Under the pieces are notes generated by a model. The model made no database searches and had not been told where the DNA came from. It saw nothing but the letters and a program-made list of their open reading frames with translations. Shown here piece after piece: positions 1 through 9,344 of a stretch of 47,495 bases of DNA. Position 1 is the first letter of the stretch, and every line of letters begins with the position of its first letter. The DNA comes from an uncultured Pseudomonadota bacterium. Lineage in GTDB: Bacteria; Myxococcota_A; UBA796; UBA2385. Location: the NCBI GenBank assembly GCA_913044235.1, contig CAJWOS010000001.1:1-47495 (forward strand), read 5' to 3'. The position numbers were made by a program, and so were the translations under genes.

Positions 1-3
1 CGA

Positions 4-855
4 GTGATGCAAGACCAGAGCGTGGTCATCGCGCCCCATGGTCGTACGCCCGCCCCTGGACAGACCGACCCCGAGCAGGAGCTTGCCGGTGGGGCTCTCG
101 GGGTGCGGGGTTGTGTGGCATGGTCGAAGCTTCCCGATCGAAAGGCCCGTCCGGTGGAGCGACTGATGGTGGTGGACGATGGCGATGCCGCGCTGCGGGT
201 GTTTGCACCGAGCGCTCGAGCGGCCGATGCTTTGCCACGGGTTGGGGCCTGGGCCTTCACTCCGTCTTCGCGGCGGCGGCCGCGCACCGTCATGGTGGTC
301 TATACGTCACCCCACGTGGTGTCGGGTGCGCCCTGGCTTCAGGAGACGTCTCTACCGGAGCGGATGAGTGGTCTGTCGACTCTGATTCCCACGGGCTACA
401 CCGCCGCTCCGGGACAGGTTCGGGCATGGTTCGATGATGTGGTCGGAGCGGCGATGGCAGTGGTCATCCCCGTGATCGACCCGGCGGGTAGACCGGCAGA
501 GGTCAGCACTCTGCTGGGTGATGTTCAAGAGCGGTTTGGGCTGCCTGGTGAGGTGGAGCCGGAGGGGAATGGGGGCCGGCTTGGCACTGCCGGAGGTGTG
601 GCCATTGGCGCCCTGCCCGGCGCCCTCGTGTTGTCGACAGACGCCGAGATTCTGCTGGACATACTGCATCGCCGTGGCACGGACTGGGCGCGTCCTCCTG
701 CCCATCCGACCGCTTCAGCTGCTTGGTGGCTGGCACCGCGCAACGGTGCGCCGGCCGTGGGTGGTCGACTCACCATCGAGGACCGCATGTGGCGGGTGGA
801 TGCGAGTGGTGGGCTGCCGGCGCTGAATCGGGCCACCGACTGGGCCGGCCTGTAG
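4..855 (+). CDS. hypothetical protein (possibly 5'-truncated by window edge)
   Basis: 283-codon ORF; frame stays open back to nt 1 so the true start may lie upstream. Residue composition is protein-like, whereas the overlapping frames are R/S/P-rich shadow ORFs. No motif recognised. Confidence 0.45.
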   Translation: MMQDQSVVIAPHGRTPAPGQTDPEQELAGGALGVRGCVAWSKLPDRKARPVERLMVVDDGDAALRVFAPSARAADALPRVGAWAFTPSSRRRPRTVMVVYTSPHVVSGAPWLQETSLPERMSGLSTLIPTGYTAAPGQVRAWFDDVVGAAMAVVIPVIDPAGRPAEVSTLLGDVQERFGLPGEVEPEGNGGRLGTAGGVAIGALPGALVLSTDAEILLDILHRRGTDWARPPAHPTASAAWWLAPRNGAPAVGGRLTIEDRMWRVDASGGLPALNRATDWAGL

Positions 856-878
856 ACCGCTGTGCTCGGCACCGCCGA

Positions 879-1910
879 TCAGACGCCATCGTCTCCTTCG
901 ACTCGGACTGTTTGTCCGGGGCGAACCCGCTCGTTGCCGCGCACCACAATCACGTCGCCCACGGAGAGCTCGGCAGCCTGAACGAGGACCTCGGTCTGGG
1001 TGGAGACCAAGATCTCCACGGGCACGACGTCGGCCTTGCCGTCGACCACGCGGACCAGTCGCGCCTGTTCCGGATCCGCGATCAGAGCATCGCGGGGCAC
1101 TTTCACGCCCCGGTCAGTCCACTCCACGGGCACGGTGACATCCACCGCTTCTCCCACCACGCTGTGCGCGGGCGCCTCGATGCGCACGAGTGCCGTGCGG
1201 GTGGTGGTGTCGAGCGTGGGCACCACTGCCAGGACCGTCACTGAACGATCGCCGATCGAGACGGTGTCTCCCGCCGTAAGGTGCTGGGCGATGGTCTCGG
1301 GTACTCTCAGATGCACCTCAGACCGGTCGGTCGACACGACGCTCAGCAGCGCCTCTCCTGTGCGAACCCAATCGCCCGGATCGGCGCTGCGCTGCGTGAT
1401 CACGCCGGAGAATGGGGCACGAAGGCGTTGCTGCTCAAGGCTCGCTTCCGCTCGGCGGGCCTCGGCTTGCCGCCCGGCCACCCGCGCCCGCTGGGCGGCC
1501 ACGGCCTGGGTCACTTCTTGGAGCGCTTCCTGCCCCAGAACCTTCTCTCCAACGCGCTCTCGTCGGTGGAGGGCGTCTTCCAGTCGAGCCAGCTCCGCGG
1601 TTGCCTCGTCGATGGCTGCCCGTGCAACGCCCGCTTCCGCCTGGGCCAGCGACAGGTCCAGCTCAAGGAGTAAAGCGCCCTTCTCGACCGGGTCGCCTTC
1701 TCGCACAAGAACGCGCGCCACAGGACCATCGGCGCCCACAGCAAGCGAGGCCTGCTCGAGGGCTCGAACCTCGCCGACGCTGTGCCAAAACTCGGTGAGC
1801 GTGCCCTCCTGCACTGTGGACACCCGCACGAGTGCTGCGGATGGGGACCGGCCTTCAACGGCTGCACCTCCGCAAGCGGTCAACCACACTGCCAGCCACA
1901 GTCGTCGCAC
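879..1910 (-). CDS. RND-type efflux periplasmic adaptor (membrane-fusion protein, HlyD family) lipoprotein
   Basis: Signal peptide plus lipobox (WLTAC|GG). Alpha-hairpin coiled coil (AEAGVARAAIDEATAELARLEDAL ... AEARRAEASLEQQRLRAPFSGVI), then beta-barrel/MP-proximal pattern. GTG start with GGAGG 5 nt upstream. Confidence 0.85.
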   Translation of the reverse strand: MRRLWLAVWLTACGGAAVEGRSPSAALVRVSTVQEGTLTEFWHSVGEVRALEQASLAVGADGPVARVLVREGDPVEKGALLLELDLSLAQAEAGVARAAIDEATAELARLEDALHRRERVGEKVLGQEALQEVTQAVAAQRARVAGRQAEARRAEASLEQQRLRAPFSGVITQRSADPGDWVRTGEALLSVVSTDRSEVHLRVPETIAQHLTAGDTVSIGDRSVTVLAVVPTLDTTTRTALVRIEAPAHSVVGEAVDVTVPVEWTDRGVKVPRDALIADPEQARLVRVVDGKADVVPVEILVSTQTEVLVQAAELSVGDVIVVRGNERVRPGQTVRVEGDDGV

Positions 1911-2111
1911 GGGAACCTCCGCGGGGGGGCTATCCCATGCAGAACCGAGAGGGAAACCACTGTGTTTCGCGGACCTGCCTGCCCGATCGCGCAGTGGGGG
2001 CGGTGGTGCTCAGTGACGAGGCGCCATGTATCTACGATGCCGCAGCGATTCGGTCGAAGGCATCGCTCAGGTGGAAGCGGTGCTTGCGGCACGGGCATCG
2101 CACTGAGGTGG

Positions 2112-3710
2112 TCAGAAGGAACCTTCCGAGGGGGAGGGGGTATCCGGAGGCGATGCCGCAGGGCAGGCCGCACCGATGGTGAGCTGGATCGAGTCATAGG
2201 GGTCGCGTCCCAAGCCAAACGGGGCGTACACCTCGATAGGTGGCGACGCAGACAGCACATGTGCATGGATGTTTCCGGCGATCTCGGCGGTGTGGGAGCG
2301 CAGTCGCCAGCCGGAGGGAGCTCGCTCGAATGTTTCGATGGGTGTGCGGCAGCCGGGACCGGGGTCTTGGGGCCAGGCCACCGAGGTCCGGGCCCAGGCG
2401 ACGCCCGGCGGAATGGGGCTGTCTTCTTCGAGGGCACTCCAGCCGCGGGCTTCGAGGTGGTGCTGAAGACCCCAGTGGCCCGAAAATCTGCGGTCCTCGA
2501 TCCCGAGCGCGGTCACCGCTGCATCGACCTCTCGTGCAAGAGTCTCGTGCGCGCGGGCCATTGCGTGGTCGTCGAGCGAGATCGCAAGAGCGAGGGCCGT
2601 GGTGGCGACGACCGCAGTGGTGCGCAAGGAGCGACTCGCGAGGGGCAGTACGGCGAGAATGGCTGGAGCTGCGAACGGGAGCCAGTACCGAGTGGCGGTG
2701 AACCGAAGCTTGAGCAAGAAGAGCAGCCCGCCGAACAGCCAGCAGACGAAGAATACATCCAAGCGCTGCGTGCGAGACAGGACCGAGCCAAGCACTGCGC
2801 CACCGGCCGCGGTCCAGAGCAGAGTCCAGGCAGCAGTGGCACCGGCTTGGGCAGACAACAGAGCGCCCACACAGCCCAGAGCAAGTCCCACGAGTGCGCC
2901 TCCGAGGGCGCGTCGCGGACGGGCAGCAGCCAGGATGGGGAGGGCCAGTCCGCCGCCGAGTGTGGCGATGGCTGCGATGAGCTTGCGTGTGATGTCTCGT
3001 GGCGTGTCGGCGATGCCTTGAAACCGGGTCATGGCCAGCACATGCCACTCTCCATAGACGGCAACATCGTGGAGGGCGAGCGCCAGCGTGGGTAGAGCGG
3101 CGGCGATGGTGAGCTGGGCAGCTCCGCGGGCGTCCCGGCGCAGTGCAGGCCAGAGTCCGGCGAGGGGAATCAGGGCGAGCCCACTGTAGCGAAAGCAGGC
3201 GCCCATCCCGAGCAGTACAGCCCAGGGCAGTCGAGAGCCACCGGGTGCACGCGGTGCAAGCAGCCCGGCCATTCCTGCGAGGGTGCATGCGAGCAGGGGA
3301 AGATCGGGTGTCCAGGCCGTGGCAGCGAGCATCGCGGCGGGAGAAGCGCACAGCAACAGGATGGCGACGGCCGGACGTCCGGCAACGCGGTCTCCCAGTC
3401 GCCCGGCGCCCCAGCAAGCCAGCAGCAGCCAAGGCCACATCCAGAGGTGGCGGACCAGGTCGGAGGCATCCACGACCGGTGCGAGCCACCACGCGATGCC
3501 GGGTGGGTTCGACAGCACATCGAAGGCTCGCTCGGTGGTGCCCTGCCAGTTGATGGAGATGGCGTGTGGGCGGAGCGGGTCGAGGCGGGCTCCGCGGGCC
3601 AGGATCAGAAAATTCGCGTCATCGACGTGTGGTGGGCGGTCGAGCGCCGGCACGGTGCAGAGCAGCACGGCGAGGGTGGCGACAAAGGACGACGAGAACC
3701 GACGAAGCAT
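2112..3710 (-). CDS. GT-C fold integral-membrane glycosyltransferase (ArnT/PMT, GT39/GT83-like)
   Basis: 532 aa. About a dozen hydrophobic helices, an acidic first-loop motif (PPHVDDANF) typical of polyprenyl-phosphate-sugar-dependent GT-C enzymes, and a soluble C-terminal domain of about 140 aa. Confidence 0.6.
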   Translation of the reverse strand: MLRRFSSSFVATLAVLLCTVPALDRPPHVDDANFLILARGARLDPLRPHAISINWQGTTERAFDVLSNPPGIAWWLAPVVDASDLVRHLWMWPWLLLACWGAGRLGDRVAGRPAVAILLLCASPAAMLAATAWTPDLPLLACTLAGMAGLLAPRAPGGSRLPWAVLLGMGACFRYSGLALIPLAGLWPALRRDARGAAQLTIAAALPTLALALHDVAVYGEWHVLAMTRFQGIADTPRDITRKLIAAIATLGGGLALPILAAARPRRALGGALVGLALGCVGALLSAQAGATAAWTLLWTAAGGAVLGSVLSRTQRLDVFFVCWLFGGLLFLLKLRFTATRYWLPFAAPAILAVLPLASRSLRTTAVVATTALALAISLDDHAMARAHETLAREVDAAVTALGIEDRRFSGHWGLQHHLEARGWSALEEDSPIPPGVAWARTSVAWPQDPGPGCRTPIETFERAPSGWRLRSHTAEIAGNIHAHVLSASPPIEVYAPFGLGRDPYDSIQLTIGAACPAASPPDTPSPSEGSF

Positions 3711-3827
3711 GGTGGGACCGTACCGCAGTGCGACCGAGTCCGGTTCTGGCGGATGCCTCTCGCGGAGGATTGGTGGCTGGCGTCTGGGAGAGATGTGGCG
3801 GAGATTTGGGGCCCCGTCTCTCGCCCG

Positions 3828-5225
3828 TCAGGCCGACTGTGGTGAGGCGCTGGGTGGTGGGCGTGTGCCTTCGGCCTTGGGCCCGGGGGTATCGAGAGGA
3901 CCAAACCGGTTGTGGATGACGCGGCTTCCGCGGTTCCATGTGAGGTAGCCCCACGCCCACTCGAAGAAGACCACCACACGATTGCGAAAGCCCACCAGTG
4001 CCATCAAGTGCACGATCAGCCACACGAGCCAGGCGATGCCGCCACCAAACTCGAGGCCGCCGATCCAAGCGATGGCCTTGGAGCGTCCGATGGTGGCCAT
4101 GCTGCCAAGGTCTCGGTACCGAAACGTGGCGCGCGGCCTGCTGGCGAGATCGGCCTGAATGCTGTGGGCCGCATGCACACCTCCCTGCAGTGCCACTTGG
4201 GCCATGCCTGGCAGGGGCTCGCCGTCGGCACCCATTGTGTGGGCCATGTCGCCGAGCACAAAAATCTCACGATGGCTGGCCAGGGAGAGGTCGGGGCCCA
4301 CACGCACGCGACCGGCACGGTCGGTGTCGCCAGAGACCTGGCTGCCGAGCGGCGAGGCTTCGATGCCCGCGGCCCAGATCATCGTGCCCGCATCCACGCG
4401 CGTGGGGGCCTCGTGTCCGCTGCGTTGGACGGTCACTCCCCCATGATCGATCTCGACCACGCGCGACTCGAGCCAGACCTCGACGCCGATCTGGCGCAGC
4501 TGCCGCAAGGCGCTCTCGCGAAGACCATCGGGGTAGGCGCCCAGCACGCCAGACCCGCCTTCGACGAGCAGCACTCTGGCTTCGGCCGGATCGATGTTTC
4601 GGAAGTCCTCCACCAGTGTGCGGCGAGCAATCTCGCTCAACGCGCCGGCCAGCTCCACGCCGGTAGGGCCTGCACCCACCACCACAAACGTGAGGTGCTT
4701 GCGCCGCACATCCGGGTCGCTGGTCCACTCAGCATGCTCGAACGACTGGAGTACCTTTTGACGGATTTGGATGGCATCTTGGATGGTCTTCAGGCCAGGC
4801 GCGTCGGCTTCCCAGCCGGCGTTTCCAAAGTAGGAGTGTGTGGCGCCAGCAGCGAGAACCAACCAGTCGTAGCTCAGGTCTTCATTGCGCTCCCGACCGG
4901 CGATGTGCACCGTCTTGCGCTCGGTATCGATCGCGGTGACTTCGCCGAGCCGCACCCGGGCGTTGCGCTGCTTGCGAAGCAAGCTCCGAATGGGCATCGA
5001 GATGGATGCTGGAGACAGCACCGCAGTGGCGACCTGATACAGCAGGGGCTGAAAGAGGTGGTGGTTGCGCCGGTCTACCAGCACCACGTCTACGTCTGCA
5101 TTGGCCAGAGAGCGTGTGGCCTGCAGACCGCCGAACCCTCCCCCCACCACCACCACTCGGGGCCGAGCATCGAGACGTCTGGGGATGACCGGTCGAGAAG
5201 ACCATCCGGTGGAAGGGTCAGGCAA
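3828..5225 (-). CDS. ndh: type II NADH:quinone oxidoreductase (NDH-2)
   Basis: Two dinucleotide folds (RVVVVGGGFGGLQATRSL; FVVVGAGPTGVELAG) and the GDMA...P..AQVA motif. Start placed at TTG 5225, with GGAGG 6 nt upstream. The maximal ORF extends to GTG 5351. Confidence 0.85.
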   Translation of the reverse strand: MPDPSTGWSSRPVIPRRLDARPRVVVVGGGFGGLQATRSLANADVDVVLVDRRNHHLFQPLLYQVATAVLSPASISMPIRSLLRKQRNARVRLGEVTAIDTERKTVHIAGRERNEDLSYDWLVLAAGATHSYFGNAGWEADAPGLKTIQDAIQIRQKVLQSFEHAEWTSDPDVRRKHLTFVVVGAGPTGVELAGALSEIARRTLVEDFRNIDPAEARVLLVEGGSGVLGAYPDGLRESALRQLRQIGVEVWLESRVVEIDHGGVTVQRSGHEAPTRVDAGTMIWAAGIEASPLGSQVSGDTDRAGRVRVGPDLSLASHREIFVLGDMAHTMGADGEPLPGMAQVALQGGVHAAHSIQADLASRPRATFRYRDLGSMATIGRSKAIAWIGGLEFGGGIAWLVWLIVHLMALVGFRNRVVVFFEWAWGYLTWNRGSRVIHNRFGPLDTPGPKAEGTRPPPSASPQSA

Positions 5226-5530
5226 GGCGGACCTCCGGAGAAGGCCCGATCGTAGACCCCCGCGCGAGAGAGACAAGGGGCGAGCGCCGCGATGCGAAGG
5301 GTTCGAACGGAGTTCCGTCGAATGCGCCGTACTGGACCACCCACGGTGCACACGCGCGCAATCATCTGGTCTCCTGCTTGGCTCCGTTACGGGTGATCAT
5401 GCCGAATAGGACTGTGCTCTGGGTGGTGCCGGCCCTTGGTGAGCGGGCAAGAGACACAAATCTGCCGGAGGGCCTGGAGTTGCGGAGGGTGCTTCGGTAC
5501 GGTCCTCCCGCCCAATCCAAGGAGCCCCCC

Positions 5531-5812
5531 ATGTACTACCGAATCACGAACGTTTCTTTCAAGCCCGAGAGCCGGGATGCCATCTTCGCCCAGGCCGACA
5601 ATGTGCGTGACCAGCTGGCGGCGATTGCGGGCTTGAGTGCTCTGCACACCGTCGAGACGGGCGAAGGCTCGATGATGCTCGTGGCGGTCTATGACTCACA
5701 AGCCAACGCGGAAGAAGGCGCAAAGGTTGCCCAGCAGGTCCTCGGCACGATGGCCGCCCACTTCACGGCCATGCCCACACAGAGTGTGGGTCCGGTGGTC
5801 TGGAGTCTCTGA
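5531..5812 (+). CDS. ABM (antibiotic-biosynthesis-monooxygenase/Dabb) fold small protein
   Basis: 93 aa beginning MYYRITNVSFKPESRD. AAGGAG lies 7 nt upstream of ATG 5531. The ORF-track extension back to 5378 has no RBS and is not protein-like. Confidence 0.7.
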   Translation: MYYRITNVSFKPESRDAIFAQADNVRDQLAAIAGLSALHTVETGEGSMMLVAVYDSQANAEEGAKVAQQVLGTMAAHFTAMPTQSVGPVVWSL

Positions 5813-5868
5813 GCAGCGGCAGCGAGCGGGTCGGTTCGAGTCCGCCACGGGCTTGGACCGGCCCCGGT

Positions 5869-6417
5869 TCACGCGTCGACCGGCCAGGTGAGTCGCTCCA
5901 GTGTGAAGGTGAACGACTCGCTGTCGGTGTCGAGATACACGGTGCCTTCGGTGCGGGTGAGCTGCCAGGTCACCCGGCGACTGAGCGTGTCTGCGATGCG
6001 CAAAGCCGTGGCGGGCTCAATGGCGAAGAGCGCAATCTCGGCGGCGTTGTAGACGGTCGCACCGGCGAGCGTGCGAAGCCAGGGCGCTGGGCGCTTGTGG
6101 CAGTACACGGCGACCCGGTCTGCGGCTTTGCTGGCCTTGTGTAGGCGGGGAGCACTCGGTGTGCCCACGTCGATCCACGCTTCGAGGCGTCCGGTCAGGT
6201 CGCGCTGCCATACGGGGGGCTGGTCGGTGCTGGCCAGTCCCGCGGAAAACGCCACACCTTCAGCGTATTCGAGCGCATAGGCCAGCACGCGGGTGATGAG
6301 GTAGGGCGCACTCTCGCTGGGATGTTGCGCAACCTTGAGCTCGAGCGTGTCGTAGATTCCGCGATCCACGTCGGAGAGCGCAATGGAGAAGGTGCGGATG
6401 GTGGAGGACAGGGCCAT
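5869..6417 (-). CDS. yaeQ: YaeQ family protein (PD-(D/E)XK-like fold)
   Basis: 182 aa beginning MALSSTIRTFSIALSDVDRGIYDT. It looks colinear with my recollection of E. coli YaeQ in length and N-terminal pattern. High GC3 from this ATG onward. Confidence 0.8.
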   Translation of the reverse strand: MALSSTIRTFSIALSDVDRGIYDTLELKVAQHPSESAPYLITRVLAYALEYAEGVAFSAGLASTDQPPVWQRDLTGRLEAWIDVGTPSAPRLHKASKAADRVAVYCHKRPAPWLRTLAGATVYNAAEIALFAIEPATALRIADTLSRRVTWQLTRTEGTVYLDTDSESFTFTLERLTWPVDA

Positions 6418-6849
6418 GGCGGGCTCCGGCGCGAGGAGATGTCGGAGCGCGTAGCGTGGTCTCCGCCAAGACGGAGTACACGGACAGCCATTGTCCGCGT
6501 GGTGGGAGCGATCGCTGTAGGCTTCCGCAGCGCACTCCTCGGGTGCAGGTGTACCGACGGGGTGCTCGGCGATCCCCTCGACCGCTGGGTGTCCGGTGGC
6601 GAGGCGACATCGCTCCAGTACAGACCGGATCGTGCGGTCTTCTGTCGCTTCGTTGCGTTCCATCGCTTCCCCACTTCAGCCACCCCCAGGAATGAGGGTG
6701 TTGTTTTTTCGCCCCGCGTCACGCGCGCGAACACCAGAGTCCGTCCTGGCGACCCCTCGAGCTGGGTTTCACCTGTCCGCAGACCGGTGCCCCACGCGTC
6801 TGGAACCCTGTCTGTCAGCCCTTCCCCTTCCTCGCTCCCGGAGCTCGCG

Positions 6850-7680
6850 ATGCCTTCTCTCGCTTCCCCCATCCCCATGCATTGGCTGGCGGTTCCCTGC
6901 GACTGGGAGCACCTCGCGTCGGCTGCCATCGAGGAAAGCGACGATGGAAAAGCCCTGGGTGCGTGGCTGCTCGACCTTCCTGGTGCCCGCACTCTGTCGG
7001 TCTCCCTGTGCGGTGCGCAGCGCAAGCTACGGCTCGGGTTTCCACAAGTGCCCTTTTCCCCCGACAGCACGCTACCCACCCGAGCGCCCGCACCTCTGAT
7101 CGGCGAGCTGCATACCGCTTTTGGCTGGGAGCTTCGTCTCGACGAAGCGCCGGTCAGCGTCGACCGGTGGCGTCGGGTGGTGGCGCCTCGACCGGGGATG
7201 TCCTTCGTTCGGTTGAGGGATCCAGTCCTCCTGCATGTTCGTACGCTGCAGGCCGAGCTGGCCCAGCGTGGAGTGCCGGTCGAACTGCGGGTCGACCTCG
7301 TGTGGGACTGTTGTAGTGCGGAGCTTGCAGAAGACGCGCGGCTTGCGATGCAGGCCGCCATTCGACGCCGGAGGTCGCGCAGAGAAGTGCTCGGGCTGAT
7401 GCGGATCTGGATGAAGGCGGTCGGGTTGCAGACTGTGCTTCGGCTGCATGCCCATGCAGATCCTGGTCGACTGGTGGAAGCTCGGTTGGTGCGCGCGTTG
7501 TCTCATGACTTTGGGGCACCGCTCACCACCGGTGCCCAGGCAAGGCCCGTTCACGCCACTCCTGATGTGCTGTTTGGGCTGCTCTCGCTGTGCTCGCTGG
7601 CAGAAGCATCGGCAGATGCGGGCCCCGTCGAGTCGCATCGTCGAGATGCGCGCACCGCACTGGCGGAAGTTCCGTTCTGA
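6850..7680 (+). CDS. hypothetical protein, C-terminus ...LAEVPF
   Basis: 276 aa from ATG 6850. The upstream in-frame stretch back to 6322 is R/S/P-rich and overlaps yaeQ. No domain recognised. Convergent with the PcfJ-like gene. Confidence 0.55.
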   Translation: MPSLASPIPMHWLAVPCDWEHLASAAIEESDDGKALGAWLLDLPGARTLSVSLCGAQRKLRLGFPQVPFSPDSTLPTRAPAPLIGELHTAFGWELRLDEAPVSVDRWRRVVAPRPGMSFVRLRDPVLLHVRTLQAELAQRGVPVELRVDLVWDCCSAELAEDARLAMQAAIRRRRSRREVLGLMRIWMKAVGLQTVLRLHAHADPGRLVEARLVRALSHDFGAPLTTGAQARPVHATPDVLFGLLSLCSLAEASADAGPVESHRRDARTALAEVPF

Positions 7681-7768
7681 GGGCGACGTTGAGTGGGGCG
7701 AGTTCACCGGTCGCACCCCTTGGGGAGCGCGCTGCCGTCTCTGGGCGCGTCACAATCGCTCCAGTCGA

Positions 7769-9211
7769 TCAGAACGGGATGTCGTCGTCTGCCATGATCC
7801 GCATCCTCGGGGCAGGTTCGGGCATGGGTGGGGGGTGGAGGATGGTTCGATCTGCATACGCGTACCGGCGCAGCCCAGCCAGCCACTCTGCGACGTCGAT
7901 GGACTCTGCGGGCAGCCAGTCGGAGTGGACGGGTGGGGCGAGCAGGTCGGCTTCGGTGTGCTTCCCTTCAAGGCGTAGGCCGCGGGCCTGGGTGGAGTGG
8001 AGCAGCCACCGCTCCACTCGATGACGCACAGCGAAGGGAACCGGTGTGTTGTTCGGTCCTTGAATCTGCTCGATGTAGAACGCGCCTGGACTCTGGTGGG
8101 AGGGCACGATCCAGGCAGTCGCCAATCGCTCCTGGGAGTCGAGGTCCCGCACGCTGTAGGCGTACCCCTGCCAGGCCCGAGCCCGCCGTGCAAAACCACC
8201 GCTACCGATGCAGTGGTGCATTTTCTCCCCTTCTTCGACCAGGGCTTCCGGGCTGGCGATCGGGATGATGCCGGGCACGGGCCCGAGGGGCGGTGGAGGA
8301 AAGGGTCGGTGGGCGGGTTCAGTGGCGGTGAGTCGGGCGGTGGCCTGTTCGATTGCTTCGAGGGAGTCGAGATGGGTGAAGGCTGGGCCGGTGTGTGGCG
8401 CGTGCGGAGCCGCAGCGTGTACAAACGAGCGAATCGCACCGGCGAGGTTGTTGCCGGTGTGGTGGTCGGAGACGTGAAGGAAGAGACGGGCTGGCAGGCG
8501 ACCTCCGTGGGCAGCGAGCTCCACCGATGCGACGAGGGCGGCGAGACGACCCGGCGTGAGCGCTGGCCCGTGCTGAAGAATCTTGCGGAGCCAGGGTATC
8601 GACCAGACCTCTCCGAGACGGGCGACATCGAGAAGGACCCACTGCTCGGGATCGAGGGGGCCAACCTTGCGGAGCATCTTGAAGAAGCTGCGCGTTCCGG
8701 GCCAGCCCACGAGGCGAGCGATTCGGGCCCACCGGTGGCGACTGCGGGGTGCGGCGAGTGCGCGACGGAGACTGCGCCAGGGCTTGGTGGGGATCGGACG
8801 CTCCTGCCAGCGCAGGATGGGCCGGAGGTTGGCGGCGGCAGCACCGAGGAGGGGAAGCTCCTGGACCAGCGCGGTGGCGGCGGGACAGCGGGCCAGCAGG
8901 CGGAGCGTGTTCCACTGCAGACCCGACAGGGAAGCCTGCAGCACATGTGTGCGGACGTCCTTGGGAATGGTGGACCACGCATCGAGCTCGAAGCGGTAGG
9001 GGTAGGGGGCTGCAGATCCCTGCTCGAGGAGGTCGAGGCGGAGGGAACAATGAGCACCCCGCCAGTGCTCGGTCTTCACCCAGCACAGAGCGGCGGGCCA
9101 GGGCTGGATCACGGTGATGTGGTGCTGGGTGAAGCGGTAGAGCCGCTGGCGGTCAGGCTTCCAGGTGACCCCAGGGGTACGGGGGCGCTTGGTTTTGGTA
9201 GAGGGGGACAT
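7769..9211 (-). CDS. PcfJ-like domain protein with SSB-type C-terminal tip (DDDIPF)
   Basis: 480 aa from ATG 9211. The core IIPIASPEALVEEGEKMHHCIGSGGF...GYAYSVRD...FYIEQIQGPNNTP matches the PcfJ pattern (L..EG..M.HC...Y ... i.Q.rG..N). A Pro-rich linker is followed by a terminal IMADDDIPF. Confidence 0.7.
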   Translation of the reverse strand: MSPSTKTKRPRTPGVTWKPDRQRLYRFTQHHITVIQPWPAALCWVKTEHWRGAHCSLRLDLLEQGSAAPYPYRFELDAWSTIPKDVRTHVLQASLSGLQWNTLRLLARCPAATALVQELPLLGAAAANLRPILRWQERPIPTKPWRSLRRALAAPRSRHRWARIARLVGWPGTRSFFKMLRKVGPLDPEQWVLLDVARLGEVWSIPWLRKILQHGPALTPGRLAALVASVELAAHGGRLPARLFLHVSDHHTGNNLAGAIRSFVHAAAPHAPHTGPAFTHLDSLEAIEQATARLTATEPAHRPFPPPPLGPVPGIIPIASPEALVEEGEKMHHCIGSGGFARRARAWQGYAYSVRDLDSQERLATAWIVPSHQSPGAFYIEQIQGPNNTPVPFAVRHRVERWLLHSTQARGLRLEGKHTEADLLAPPVHSDWLPAESIDVAEWLAGLRRYAYADRTILHPPPMPEPAPRMRIMADDDIPF

Positions 9212-9308
9212 GGTGTCTCGCGGGGTCGGTCGCTCTGTAGACGCCCGGCACCATCTCTGACGGACAGTTGGTGTCCGAACTGCGCGGTGATGCATCCGCA
9301 TTTTCCGG

Positions 9309-9314
9309 TACAAT
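9309..9314 (+). promoter_or_regulatory. candidate -10 box (TACAAT) for the giant gene
   Basis: TACAAT sits 30 nt upstream of ATG 9345, in the 133-bp divergent spacer. There is a weak -35 (GTGATG, 16-nt spacer). An imperfect palindrome GCGGTGATGCATCCGC overlaps the -35. Confidence 0.3.
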
Positions 9315-9344
9315 CTCGATCTCAGTTTCCTTCGAGCGGACCCG

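Noticed and set aside
5378-5530. Upstream extension of the ABM-fold ORF.
   Set aside because: AAGGAG sits right before ATG 5531. ABM proteins are about 95-100 aa, and the upstream part is not protein-like.
6418-6663. An 82-codon N-terminal extension of YaeQ.
   Set aside because: The family starts at MAL(S/K)..I colinear with ATG 6417, and the extension has visibly lower GC3. It is kept only as a note in the spacer finding.
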